Assembly (NCBI GenBank): GCA_965223415.1
Contig: OZ245002.1
Span: forward strand, 1,408,001-1,472,000
Reading direction: 5' to 3'
Length of the DNA: 64,000 nt
Source: Myxococcota bacterium
GTDB lineage: Bacteria > Myxococcota_A > UBA9160 > UBA6930
Part shown: in pieces, positions 18,018-26,647 of the stretch
Layout of the letters: each line of letters starts with the position of its first letter
Position numbering within the stretch: the stretch's first letter is position 1
The notes under the pieces: generated by a model
What the model was told of the DNA's origin: nothing
Database searches by the model: none
What the model saw: the letters and a program-made list of their open reading frames with translations, nothing else
Position numbers and translations under genes: made by a program

Positions 18018-19472
18018 ATGGCCGGCGCGAACCGGACGAAGCCGCGGCGCGGCGCACGGGCAGCGGCCGCGTTGTCGAGCGGCGTACTGCTCGCCCTCGC
18101 CCAGCCGAACTGGGGTGCCTGGCCCCTCGGCTTCGTCTGCCTTGTCCCGCTGCTGCTCGCACTCCGCGGTGCCGACCCGTGGGCCCGCGCGACGCTGGGA
18201 TGGCTCGCGAGCCTCTCGGCCACCCTGCTCGGCTGCGTCGCCCACGCGGGCGTGGCGGCCACGGCCTACTTCGACCTGGCATCCTGGCAGGGCTGGCTCG
18301 CGTCCCTTGGGGCGGCGCAGCTCTTCGGCGGCGTTCCGCTGGCGGCCTTCGCCATCGTGGCTCCCCGGGCGGACGGCGAAGGCCCGGCCTCGCACCTCCG
18401 GACGGCCGCCGCCTGGTCCGCCATGGAAGCGTTGCGCTGCGCGCTGGCCGGCGGCCTCCCGTGGCTCCTCCTGGCCTACGCGTTGGCGCCGGAGCCGGAG
18501 TGGATCGGCCCGGCCCGCTGGGGCGGGGTGCTGCTCGTCTCGGCCTGGATGGCCGGGGTCAACGCCGCGCTGGCCAGCGCCGTCGCTGCGCCCGGAAGAC
18601 GGCTCTCGGGCCTCGCCGCCGCCGGGATCGCCCTGGTCCTGCTGCGGCTGGCGGGCCCCGGCCCGGACGGGGCCGGCGGTTCCACGACTCGCGTCCGCGT
18701 CGTACACACGGACGTGTCGGGCCATGCTGCTCCGGCCCGCCTCGCCGAGCTCAGTCGAACCCAGGAGGCTCCGCTCGTGGTCTGGCCGGAGAACGCCGTC
18801 GGCGGCGTGGTCCCGGCGAACGTCGCGAGCCTTCGGGCGCTGCGCGCCGAGGCGGCGCCGGGGGCGGAGCTGCTGCTCGGCGCCACCCACGCCCGGGGCG
18901 ATACGCGGCCCGCCTTCTTCACGTCGGCCGTCCTCATCCCGCGCGACGGCGCCGAGCGCGTGTACGACAAGCGAATCCGCGTACCCTTCTTCGAGTACAC
19001 GCCGTGGCCCTTCGGCGTCCCGCACGACGCGGTGGAGATCAGCGTCGGCGCATCGCCTCTCACCCTCGACGCCGCCGACATCTCCGTCGCACCGCTCATC
19101 TGCTATGAGATGCTCTTTCCCGAGCACGCACGGCGGGGCGTACTCGCGGGAGCGCGCGCGCTGGTGCACCTCTCGAACGAAGCCTGGTTCGGGTGGACGC
19201 GGGGCGCCGACCAGCTGCTGGCAGCGGCGGTCTTCCGCGCCGTGGAGACCGGGCGGCCGGTGCTTCGCGCGACGAACGCAGGCGTCTCGGGGCTCGTCCT
19301 CCCGAGCGGTCGCATGCCCGTGCGCCACCGCGGGGAGGCGACCGCCCTGGACGTGAGGCTGCCGGAGCCGAGCCGGGATCCGCTGGCCCTCCGGGTGGGC
19401 ACCAGCTGGTGGTGGCTGGCCGCCGCCGTCGCGATCGCGGGCTTCGTCCGCGATCGACGCCGGGCTACATGA
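18018..19472 (+). CDS. lnt: Apolipoprotein N-acyltransferase
   Basis: TM region; nitrilase triad WPEN, YDKRIRVPFFEY, ICYE; SNEAWFG; RAVETGRPVLRATNAGVS. Confidence 0.9.
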   Translation: MAGANRTKPRRGARAAAALSSGVLLALAQPNWGAWPLGFVCLVPLLLALRGADPWARATLGWLASLSATLLGCVAHAGVAATAYFDLASWQGWLASLGAAQLFGGVPLAAFAIVAPRADGEGPASHLRTAAAWSAMEALRCALAGGLPWLLLAYALAPEPEWIGPARWGGVLLVSAWMAGVNAALASAVAAPGRRLSGLAAAGIALVLLRLAGPGPDGAGGSTTRVRVVHTDVSGHAAPARLAELSRTQEAPLVVWPENAVGGVVPANVASLRALRAEAAPGAELLLGATHARGDTRPAFFTSAVLIPRDGAERVYDKRIRVPFFEYTPWPFGVPHDAVEISVGASPLTLDAADISVAPLICYEMLFPEHARRGVLAGARALVHLSNEAWFGWTRGADQLLAAAVFRAVETGRPVLRATNAGVSGLVLPSGRMPVRHRGEATALDVRLPEPSRDPLALRVGTSWWWLAAAVAIAGFVRDRRRAT

Positions 19473-20862
19473 ACCGCTGCACCACCTTCCGCTTCCGCTC
19501 GCCGTAGGGCGGGTACATCATCTTGAGATCGAAGCGGAAGCCGCGCTTCAGCACGGCCTTGCGGTGGCTGAAGGTCTCGAAGGTGTGGCGGCCGTGATAG
19601 GCGCCCTGCCCGCTCGGGCCGACGCCACCGAAGGGCACGCGGGTGTCCATGATGTGCATGACCGTGCCGTTCACGCAGGCGCCGCCGGAGCTGGTGCGCT
19701 CGAGCACCTTGCGCTGCACCTCCTCGTTCCGGCTGAAGACGTAGAGGGCCAGGGGCTTGTCCCGCTGGTTCACGAAGGCGATGGCCTCGTCCATGTCGTC
19801 CACGGGCAGTACCGGCAGGATCGGTCCGAAGATCTCCTCCTGCATGACCGGCGCGTCCGGCGACACGCCCTGCAGCACGGTGGGCGCGATGTAGTTCTGC
19901 TCCGCGTCGGCTTCGCCGCCGAAGGCGGGGCGGCCGCTCTCGAGGAGCTTGGAGAGGCGCTCGTGATGGCGCCCGTTCACGACCCGGGCGAAGTCCGGGG
20001 TGGTCTTCGGGTCGTCGCCGTAGAAGCTGCGGGTGGCCACCTCGAGCTCGTGCACCAGCTCGTCCTCGCGGTCGCGCTGCACGAGCACGTAGTCCGGGGC
20101 GATGCAGGTCTGACCCGCGTTCACGAACTTGCCCCAGGCAATGCGGCGCGCGGCGGTGGCGACGTCCACGTCCCGGTCGACCAGGCACGGGCTCTTGCCG
20201 CCGAGCTCGAGGGTGACCGGCGTCAGGTGCTCGGCTGCGGCCTTCATGACCACCCGGCCGACGTGTCCGTTGCCGGTGTAGAAGATATGGTCGAAGCGCT
20301 CCTCGAGGAGTGCTGTCGTCTCCGCGACGCCGCCCTCGACGAGGGCGACCGCCTCCGGGTCGAGGTAGTCCCGCACGCAGCGCGCGAGGGCCGCGGAGGT
20401 GTGGGGCGTCACCTCACTGGGCTTCAGCACGGCCGCGTTGCCCGCCGCCAGGGCGCCGGCCAGGGGCGAGAGCAGCAGGCCGACCGGGTAGTTCCAGGGC
20501 GAGATGATCAGCGCCACGCCGAGGGGCTCGCGCAGCACGAAGCTGCGCCCGATGAGCGGGATCGGCCCCTTGCGCTCGGGCCGCGTCCACTTCTTCAGGT
20601 TCCGCAGCGCCCCGGCCGCCTCCATCTTCCCCTGCGAGACGTCGGCGGCGAGGGCCTCCACCGGCGGCTTGCCGAAATCCGCGGCCATCGCCTCCACCAG
20701 CTCGTCGGCGCGGTCGGTGCACAGGGCCTTCAGGGCTTCGAGCTGTGCGCGGCGCCAGGCCAGGGGGCGGGTGTGCCCGGCGTCGAAGGCTCGCCGCAGA
20801 CGCGCCACCGTGTCGGGGATGGCGGCGATCTCGGTGTGGGGAACGTGGGGGGTAGCGCTCAT
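19465..20862 (-). CDS. Aldehyde dehydrogenase (ALDH3-like)
   Basis: PWNYP, LELGGKSP, NAGQTCIAPDY, EEIFGP. Confidence 0.95.
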   Translation of the reverse strand: MSATPHVPHTEIAAIPDTVARLRRAFDAGHTRPLAWRRAQLEALKALCTDRADELVEAMAADFGKPPVEALAADVSQGKMEAAGALRNLKKWTRPERKGPIPLIGRSFVLREPLGVALIISPWNYPVGLLLSPLAGALAAGNAAVLKPSEVTPHTSAALARCVRDYLDPEAVALVEGGVAETTALLEERFDHIFYTGNGHVGRVVMKAAAEHLTPVTLELGGKSPCLVDRDVDVATAARRIAWGKFVNAGQTCIAPDYVLVQRDREDELVHELEVATRSFYGDDPKTTPDFARVVNGRHHERLSKLLESGRPAFGGEADAEQNYIAPTVLQGVSPDAPVMQEEIFGPILPVLPVDDMDEAIAFVNQRDKPLALYVFSRNEEVQRKVLERTSSGGACVNGTVMHIMDTRVPFGGVGPSGQGAYHGRHTFETFSHRKAVLKRGFRFDLKMMYPPYGERKRKVVQRFM

Positions 20863-20933
20863 GGCGGTTCCTCCGGCGGATGGACACGGAGAAGGTAACG
20901 GAAGGCGCTCTTGGGTTACCCTCCGCGCCCGCC

Positions 20934-21596
20934 ATGGACGACCCGGATGCCCGCCCCCACCGTTTCACCGAGGAGCTCCCGCCGGACGACGCCGCCCTGG
21001 CCCGCCGCGAGCTGGCCGCGGCGCTCCGCGACGTGCTGGCCCAGCTCGCCTCCACCGACGCCGAGGCGAGCGCCCTGCGCGAGGCCGCCGCCCACGCCCG
21101 GGCACTGGCGGAGGAGCTCGCCGCCACCACCCGCGAGCGCGCGGGCGACCACCCGATGGCCGACTTCCGGGAGCGAGGTCCGATCACCGGCCTGGCGAAC
21201 CCGATGGCGCCGCCCTTCCGCATGTGGCCGGACTTCGAGGCCCGCGTCGCCCGCGGCGAAGGGCGCTTCGGAAGCGCCTACGAGGGCGGTCCCGGCATCG
21301 CCCACGGAGGCTTCGTGGCGGCGGTCCTCGACGAGCTGCTCGGCATGGCCACGATCTTCTCCGGCGGCCCGGGCGTGACCGGCGAGCTGACGGTCCGCTA
21401 CCGGCGCCCCACCCCCCTCCACCGGGACCTGATCATCGAGGCCCGCCTCGACGGCCAACAGGGCCGCCGCCTGGCCGTCTCCGGAGAGCTGCGGGACGGC
21501 GAGACCCTGCTCGTCGAAGCCCACGGCCTCTTCATCGCGGTGGGCCAGGAGCACTTCGACGAGCTCGACCGCACCCGCCGCCAGGACGCCGGGTAG
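20934..21596 (+). CDS. PaaI-family thioesterase
   Basis: YEGGPGIAHGGFVAAVLDELLG; LTVRYRRPTPL. Confidence 0.88.
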   Translation: MDDPDARPHRFTEELPPDDAALARRELAAALRDVLAQLASTDAEASALREAAAHARALAEELAATTRERAGDHPMADFRERGPITGLANPMAPPFRMWPDFEARVARGEGRFGSAYEGGPGIAHGGFVAAVLDELLGMATIFSGGPGVTGELTVRYRRPTPLHRDLIIEARLDGQQGRRLAVSGELRDGETLLVEAHGLFIAVGQEHFDELDRTRRQDAG

Positions 21597-21664
21597 TGAG
21601 ACAAAGGGACGTTCCTGTCTGTCTCACGCTTCGTGAGACAGACAGGAACGTCCCTTTGTCTCAT
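21596..21664. repeat. REP-like inverted doublet (2 x 32 bp)
   Basis: GTGAGACAAAGGGACGTTCCTGTCTGTCTCAC-gcttc-reverse complement (31/32); second copy at 56724-56819. Confidence 0.9.
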
Positions 21665-21680
21665 GCCCGATCGCCTGGGA

Positions 21681-22017
21681 ATGACGCCCAGGCAGGCCAG
21701 GAACCGCCAGCAAGGCGCTCCGCAAGGGCAAGCTGAAGGACGCGCTGGGAACGTATCGAGAGGAGGGCCCGTGGTCCCAGCGGGCTGCCGACATCCTGCG
21801 GCGGATGGGCGACCGGGAAGGCGAGGTCCAGGGTCTTCGGCGAGATGTCGATCCTGGAGGGCGGCCGGCCGTCGCGACCTGCGCCGCGGCCCGCAAGTCC
21901 TGGGTGCTGGCGCTGGGCGCGCGCCGGGTAGCGGAGCTGCGCGAGGCCGCGGCCGCGTTGGCGGACCAGCGGCGGATGGAGAACGAGACCTTCGGGGCGA
22001 GGGCCCCGGGCGTCTGA
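21681..22017 (+). pseudogene. Decayed TPR-like/cyclic-nucleotide-binding protein
   Basis: Fragments in different frames: KALRKGKLKDALGTY..., VFGEMSILEGG, then AVATCAAARKSWVLAL (cNMP-like FGE...AT..A) after a 1-nt deletion. Confidence 0.6.
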
Positions 22018-22023
22018 CGCGCG

Positions 22024-22941
22024 CTACGCCCCGTACGACAGCACCAGCCCCGGCGTCTCCCACGTCGTCCTGACCAGCCGGCCCGTCGACGAGAGCGTCA
22101 CCCATGCGGTGCGCAGGTCCGGCCCGCCGAAGCAGATGTTGGTCGTCATGGGGTCGTCGGTGGGGACGTGGCGGTGCTCGCCGGTCGGCGAGAAGATGGT
22201 GATGCCGCCGTTCACGATGGTCGCGACGCAGACGTTGCCCTCGGCGTCGACGGCCAGCGAGTCGAGGAGCTGCATGTCCGGGAGGCCGGCGAGCGGGTGG
22301 CCGCCGTTCGGCGAGCGCGGGTTCGGGACGATGCTGCCGGGCCCGTCGAGCTCCCAGTAGCTGACGCGGCCGACGAAGGTCTCGGCGACGTACACCCGGT
22401 CGCCGGCGGGAGAGAGGCCGATGCCGTTGGGGCCGCCGTCCACCGGGAAGGCCATCTCGCGGATCGAGGAGCCGTCCGGCAGTGCGTAGAAGATGCCCGT
22501 GCGGTCGCGATCCCGAGCGCGGCTCTTGCCAAGATCGGTGAACCAGAAGCCGCCCTGGTCGTCGAAGACGATGTCGTTCGGTCCGCGCAGGGGATGGCCG
22601 TCGCATTCGGTGTAGAGGACGGTAACTTCGCCGGTTGCCAGGTCGACGCGCTCGATGCGCCCGCCGCTGTAATCGGCGGGCTGGTCGCCGGGAATCAGGA
22701 GATCGCCCATCTCGTGCCACTCGAAGCCGCCGTTGTTGCACACGTAGCAGGCGCCGTCGGGGCCGATGGCCGCGCCGTTCGGGCCGCCGCCGGTCTCGGC
22801 GACGACTTCCTGGCGGCCGTCGGGCTGGACGCGGGTGAGCGTGCCACGGGCGATCTCGACCAGCAGCACGCTGCCGTCGGCGCAGGCGATCGGGCCTTCA
22901 GGAAAGCGCAGACCGCTCGTAACCTCTTCGAACTTCGTCAT
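22024..22941 (-). CDS. SMP-30/gluconolactonase family protein
   Basis: FPEGP, GPNG, GPNDIVFD, DSLAVDAEGN, TTNICFGG. Confidence 0.93.
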   Translation of the reverse strand: MTKFEEVTSGLRFPEGPIACADGSVLLVEIARGTLTRVQPDGRQEVVAETGGGPNGAAIGPDGACYVCNNGGFEWHEMGDLLIPGDQPADYSGGRIERVDLATGEVTVLYTECDGHPLRGPNDIVFDDQGGFWFTDLGKSRARDRDRTGIFYALPDGSSIREMAFPVDGGPNGIGLSPAGDRVYVAETFVGRVSYWELDGPGSIVPNPRSPNGGHPLAGLPDMQLLDSLAVDAEGNVCVATIVNGGITIFSPTGEHRHVPTDDPMTTNICFGGPDLRTAWVTLSSTGRLVRTTWETPGLVLSYGA

Positions 22942-22988
22942 GGGGCGATGCTACCGTAGGCCCCCCCGAGGCGAACGAAGGAGGAGCC

Positions 22989-23765
22989 ATGGGCGAGTTC
23001 AGCCAGGTCGAGAAGGACGGACACCTGACCCTCGTGACCATCAACCGGCCGGAGCGGATGAACTCGCTCCATCCGCCGGCGAATCGCGAGCTGGCGGAGG
23101 TGTTCGACGAGTTCGCGAACGATCCCGAGCAGTGGGTCGCGATCATCACAGGGGCAGGGGACCGGGCATTCAGCGCCGGCAACGATCTCAAGCACCAGGC
23201 GAGCGGCGGCGACATGAGCGGCCAGCCGAAGAGCGGCTTCGCCGGGCTGACGGCACGCTACGACCTGACCAAGCCGGTGATCGCGGCGGTGAACGGCGTC
23301 GCCATGGGCGGCGGCTTCGAGATCTGCCTGGCCTGCGATCTCATCATCGCGGCGGAGAACGCCGTGTTCGCCCTTCCCGAGCCGCGGGTGGGCCTGGCCG
23401 CCCTGGCCGGGGGCCTCCACCGCCTGCCGCGGCAGATTCCGCTCAAGCAGGCGCTCGGCATGATCCTGACGGGCCGCCGCGTGCCGGCGGCCGAGGGCCA
23501 GCAGCTCGGCTTCGTGAACGAAGTGGTGCCGGAGGGCCAGGTCGTGGCCGGCGCGAAGCGCTGGGCCGAGATGATCCTCGAGTGCGCCCCGCTCTCGGTG
23601 CGCGCCAGCAAGGAGGCCGTCCTCCAGGGCCTCGAGCTCGCCGGCGTCGAGGCCGCCAGCGGGGCCCGCTACGACGGCGTCCACGCCATGGTCAAGAGCG
23701 ACGACTTCGTCGAAGGCCCCAAGGCTTTCGCCGAGAAGCGCCCGCCCAACTGGAAAGGGAAGTAA
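22989..23765 (+). CDS. Enoyl-CoA hydratase/isomerase (CaiD-like)
   Basis: AFSAGNDL, KPVIAAVNGVAMGGGFE, FALPEPRVG. Confidence 0.95.
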   Translation: MGEFSQVEKDGHLTLVTINRPERMNSLHPPANRELAEVFDEFANDPEQWVAIITGAGDRAFSAGNDLKHQASGGDMSGQPKSGFAGLTARYDLTKPVIAAVNGVAMGGGFEICLACDLIIAAENAVFALPEPRVGLAALAGGLHRLPRQIPLKQALGMILTGRRVPAAEGQQLGFVNEVVPEGQVVAGAKRWAEMILECAPLSVRASKEAVLQGLELAGVEAASGARYDGVHAMVKSDDFVEGPKAFAEKRPPNWKGK

Positions 23766-23836
23766 GAAACGGGGCCAGAGTTAAGAATTCAGTTCCCTCT
23801 GGGGAACTGAATTCTTAACTCTGGCCCCGTTTCTTA
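23763..23836. repeat. Perfect 35-bp inverted repeat (REP-like doublet / bidirectional terminator)
   Basis: TAAGAAACGGGGCCAGAGTTAAGAATTCAGTTCCC-tctg-reverse complement, between convergent genes. Confidence 0.9.
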
Positions 23837-24592
23837 ATCGAAGCTGGCGAGGGCGTCGGGGAGCTCGGCGAGGTCGCCGATGATGAGGTCGGGCTCCGGG
23901 CCTTCGTGGGCGCCCAGGGCTTCGTCGGGGTCGGAGATGCGGCGGGTGACCCAGGCGGTACGCATACCGACGGCGGCAGCCCCCGCCACGTCGGCCTTCA
24001 GGTTGTCGCCGACGTGGAGGGTCTCGTCGGGCTCCACACCGAGGGCCGCCAGCGTGGCGCGGAAGATCTCGGGGCGGGGCTTCCGCCAGCCGGTGGCGTC
24101 GGACACGACCACGACGTCGAAGTGCCAGCGCAGCCGGGCGTCCTCGAGCACCCGGAAGGCGGTCTGGCTGTGGGAGAAGTTGGAGCAGACGGCCAGACGC
24201 GCCGCGCCGCCCAGCGCCTCCATCACCTCGGGATGGTGGTCGAGGGCACTCACCTGCTCCCGGAGCATGGCCATGTGGGTCGCCGTCAGCCGCTCGGCCA
24301 GGTCCGGGGCGCGCTCGGCGCCGGGCAGCCAGGGCAGCAGGCGCTCGAAGCGCTCGAGGGTGGGCAGCTCGCGCCCCTGGTCGTAGCGGGACTTGCGCAG
24401 CTCGCTATCGAGGGCGAAGACCGTGTCGGCGAAGTCCTCGAGGCTCATGTCGACGAACTCGCTCACCACTTCGTGCAGCGCCCCCAGGCTCGAGGGGAAC
24501 TCGTGCTGCCGCACGCGGACCTTCGGGAGGCCCTCCATCGAGAGGTCCACCAGCGTGTCGAACAGGTCGAAGACGACGGCGCGGATCGGCAC
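23834..24592 (-). CDS. HAD-superfamily hydrolase
   Basis: FDLFDTL, CSNF, KPRPEIF, HVGDNLKADV. Confidence 0.92.
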   Translation of the reverse strand: MPIRAVVFDLFDTLVDLSMEGLPKVRVRQHEFPSSLGALHEVVSEFVDMSLEDFADTVFALDSELRKSRYDQGRELPTLERFERLLPWLPGAERAPDLAERLTATHMAMLREQVSALDHHPEVMEALGGAARLAVCSNFSHSQTAFRVLEDARLRWHFDVVVVSDATGWRKPRPEIFRATLAALGVEPDETLHVGDNLKADVAGAAAVGMRTAWVTRRISDPDEALGAHEGPEPDLIIGDLAELPDALASFD

Positions 24593-24608
24593 GGGGCGAG
24601 CGTAGCCG

Positions 24609-25580
24609 CTAGGAGCCCGAGACGATGCGCCGCAGCTCGGGCCAGGCCAGGTTGCCGCCGGAGAGCACGAGCACGACCTGCCTCCCGGCGAGCTCGTCGC
24701 GACGAGCGAGAGCCGCCGCCAGCGCCGCCGCGCCCGCGTGCTCCGCGACGTGGCGGGTGTGCTCCAGCAGCAGCCGGATCGCCTCTTCCAGGGCCGCGTC
24801 GCTCACCAGGACGAAATCGGCGAGACCGACCGCGGGATCCCGCATGATGCGCTGGGTGTCTTCGAAGGGCACTCGCGTGGCCAGGCCTTCGGCCAGCGTC
24901 TCCATCGGCGAGGGCACGGGCCGGCCCTCCTTCCAGCTGCGCTGCATGGTCGGCGCGGCCTCGGCCTGGACGCCGATCACCCGGGTCGCCGGGCTGCGCG
25001 CGCCGGCGACGATTCCGCAGCCGCAGGCGCCGCTCCCGGCGCCGACCGGCACGAACAGGGCGTCCGGCGCCGGCAGGGCGTCGAAGACCTCCACCGCGTA
25101 GGTGCCGACGCCGCAGATCAGCTCCGCATCGGTGGGCCCGATGAAGCGCGCTCCCTCGTCCCGGGCCCGGCCCTGGATCCACTCCCGTGCTTCGTCGAAG
25201 TCCGCGCCGTGGAGCAACACCTCGGCACCGAGGGCGCGCATCGCGGCGACCTTCGCCGGGTTCGCGGCGCGGGGCGCGGCCACCGTCACCGGCGTGCCGG
25301 TCGCCTGCCCGCCGAACGCGACCGACTGCCCGTGGTTGCCGGTCGACGCCGTGAAGAGGCCCGCCCGCCTCTCTTCCTTGCCGAGGGTCGACGCCAGGTA
25401 CACGCCGCCGCGCACCTTGAAGGCGCCGGTGGGCAGATGGCTCTCGTACTTCACCCACACGTCGGCGCCGAGGAGCTCCGAGAGGCCGGGAGACGGCCAC
25501 AGGGGCGTCGGCCGCAGGTGCGCGTAGACGGCAGGGCGCGCGCGAACGATGTCCCGGTAGCTGGGCCGCCCCTCGGTCAT
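24609..25580 (-). CDS. Threonine/serine dehydratase (PLP-dependent)
   Basis: TGAFKVRGG, ASTGNHG, PVGAGSG, LSGGN. Confidence 0.92.
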   Translation of the reverse strand: MTEGRPSYRDIVRARPAVYAHLRPTPLWPSPGLSELLGADVWVKYESHLPTGAFKVRGGVYLASTLGKEERRAGLFTASTGNHGQSVAFGGQATGTPVTVAAPRAANPAKVAAMRALGAEVLLHGADFDEAREWIQGRARDEGARFIGPTDAELICGVGTYAVEVFDALPAPDALFVPVGAGSGACGCGIVAGARSPATRVIGVQAEAAPTMQRSWKEGRPVPSPMETLAEGLATRVPFEDTQRIMRDPAVGLADFVLVSDAALEEAIRLLLEHTRHVAEHAGAAALAAALARRDELAGRQVVLVLSGGNLAWPELRRIVSGS

Positions 25581-25589
25581 CGCTGGACG

Positions 25590-26549
25590 CTAGTCGCGTG
25601 GGATCAAACCTTCCAGGCCCGCCGCCCGGATGCGTCGGCGAAGCGTCGTGCGCGCCATGCCGAGGCGACGCGCGGCCCGGGAGACGTTTCCACCGGTCTC
25701 GCGCAGGGTGGCCACGATCGGGTCGTCCGGCCGGCCCGCCCCGGTCTCGGGCGGGCCAGGGCGGCGGGGCTCGCAACGGGCCAGCTCCGGCAGATCGAGG
25801 CAGGGCCCCGGGGCCCACACCAGGAGCCGCTCCAGCAGGTTGCTGAGCTCCCGCACGTTGCCGCGCCAGGGCCTCTCGGCGAGCGCCCGCAGGAGCCGCG
25901 GCGTCGCCGCGGGCACCGGGAGGCCCAGCCGGGGGGCGATCCGTGCCAGCGCGTCCTCCACCAGCAGGGGGAGGTCCTCGGGCCGCTCGCGAAGGGGCGG
26001 CAGGTCGATACGCAGCACGTCGAGGCGGTGGAACAGATCGGCGCGGAAGCACCCGGCGGCCACGGCCCGCTCCAGCGGGAGGTTCGTCGCCGCGACGATC
26101 CGCGCGTCCAGGGTGCGAGGCGTGCAGCTGCCGACCCGCTCGAAGCGGCGCTCCTGCAGGACGCGCAGCAGCCGCGTCTGGCCGCGGGGAGAGAGCTCGC
26201 CGATCTCGTCGAGGAAGAGCGTGCCGCGGCCGGCCGTCTCGAAGCGTCCGATCCCGGCGGCGACCGCTCCCGTGAAGGCCCCGCGCTCGTGCCCGAAGAG
26301 CTCCGCCTCGAGCAGCCCCTCGGCGAGGGCGCCGCAGTCGACGTGGACGAAGGGCGCCGCCGCCCGCGGCGAACGGGCGTGGAGCTCGCGGGCGAGGACG
26401 CCCTTGCCGGTGCCCGTCTCGCCGGTGATCAGGACCGTCGAGTCGAGGGCCGCCGCGTGGACCAGCCGACGACGGACCTCTCGGGCGGCCCTTCCAGCAC
26501 CGAGCCAGCGATCCTCCACGCACGCTCCTGCCCCCTCGGCCCCGAGCAT
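25590..26549 (-). CDS. sigma54-dependent activator lacking an N-terminal regulatory domain
   Basis: GETGTGKG, ELFGHERGAFTGA, WRGNVRELSN, C-terminal HTH; start uncertain (ATG 26549 or GTG 26519). Confidence 0.88.
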   Translation of the reverse strand: MLGAEGAGACVEDRWLGAGRAAREVRRRLVHAAALDSTVLITGETGTGKGVLARELHARSPRAAAPFVHVDCGALAEGLLEAELFGHERGAFTGAVAAGIGRFETAGRGTLFLDEIGELSPRGQTRLLRVLQERRFERVGSCTPRTLDARIVAATNLPLERAVAAGCFRADLFHRLDVLRIDLPPLRERPEDLPLLVEDALARIAPRLGLPVPAATPRLLRALAERPWRGNVRELSNLLERLLVWAPGPCLDLPELARCEPRRPGPPETGAGRPDDPIVATLRETGGNVSRAARRLGMARTTLRRRIRAAGLEGLIPRD

Positions 26550-26647
26550 GCAGTCGACTCCGCGGCGGGGAAACGGGCGTCCCCGCGAGATCCCGTCCCG
26601 GCCCTGCCGGCGAGGGCGTGCTCGCGGGTGCGAGGAATCGGCGCCGA

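Noticed and set aside
21596..21664. 32-bp palindromic repeats as a CRISPR array
   Set aside because: Copies are inverted pairs, not direct repeats with spacers; no cas genes.
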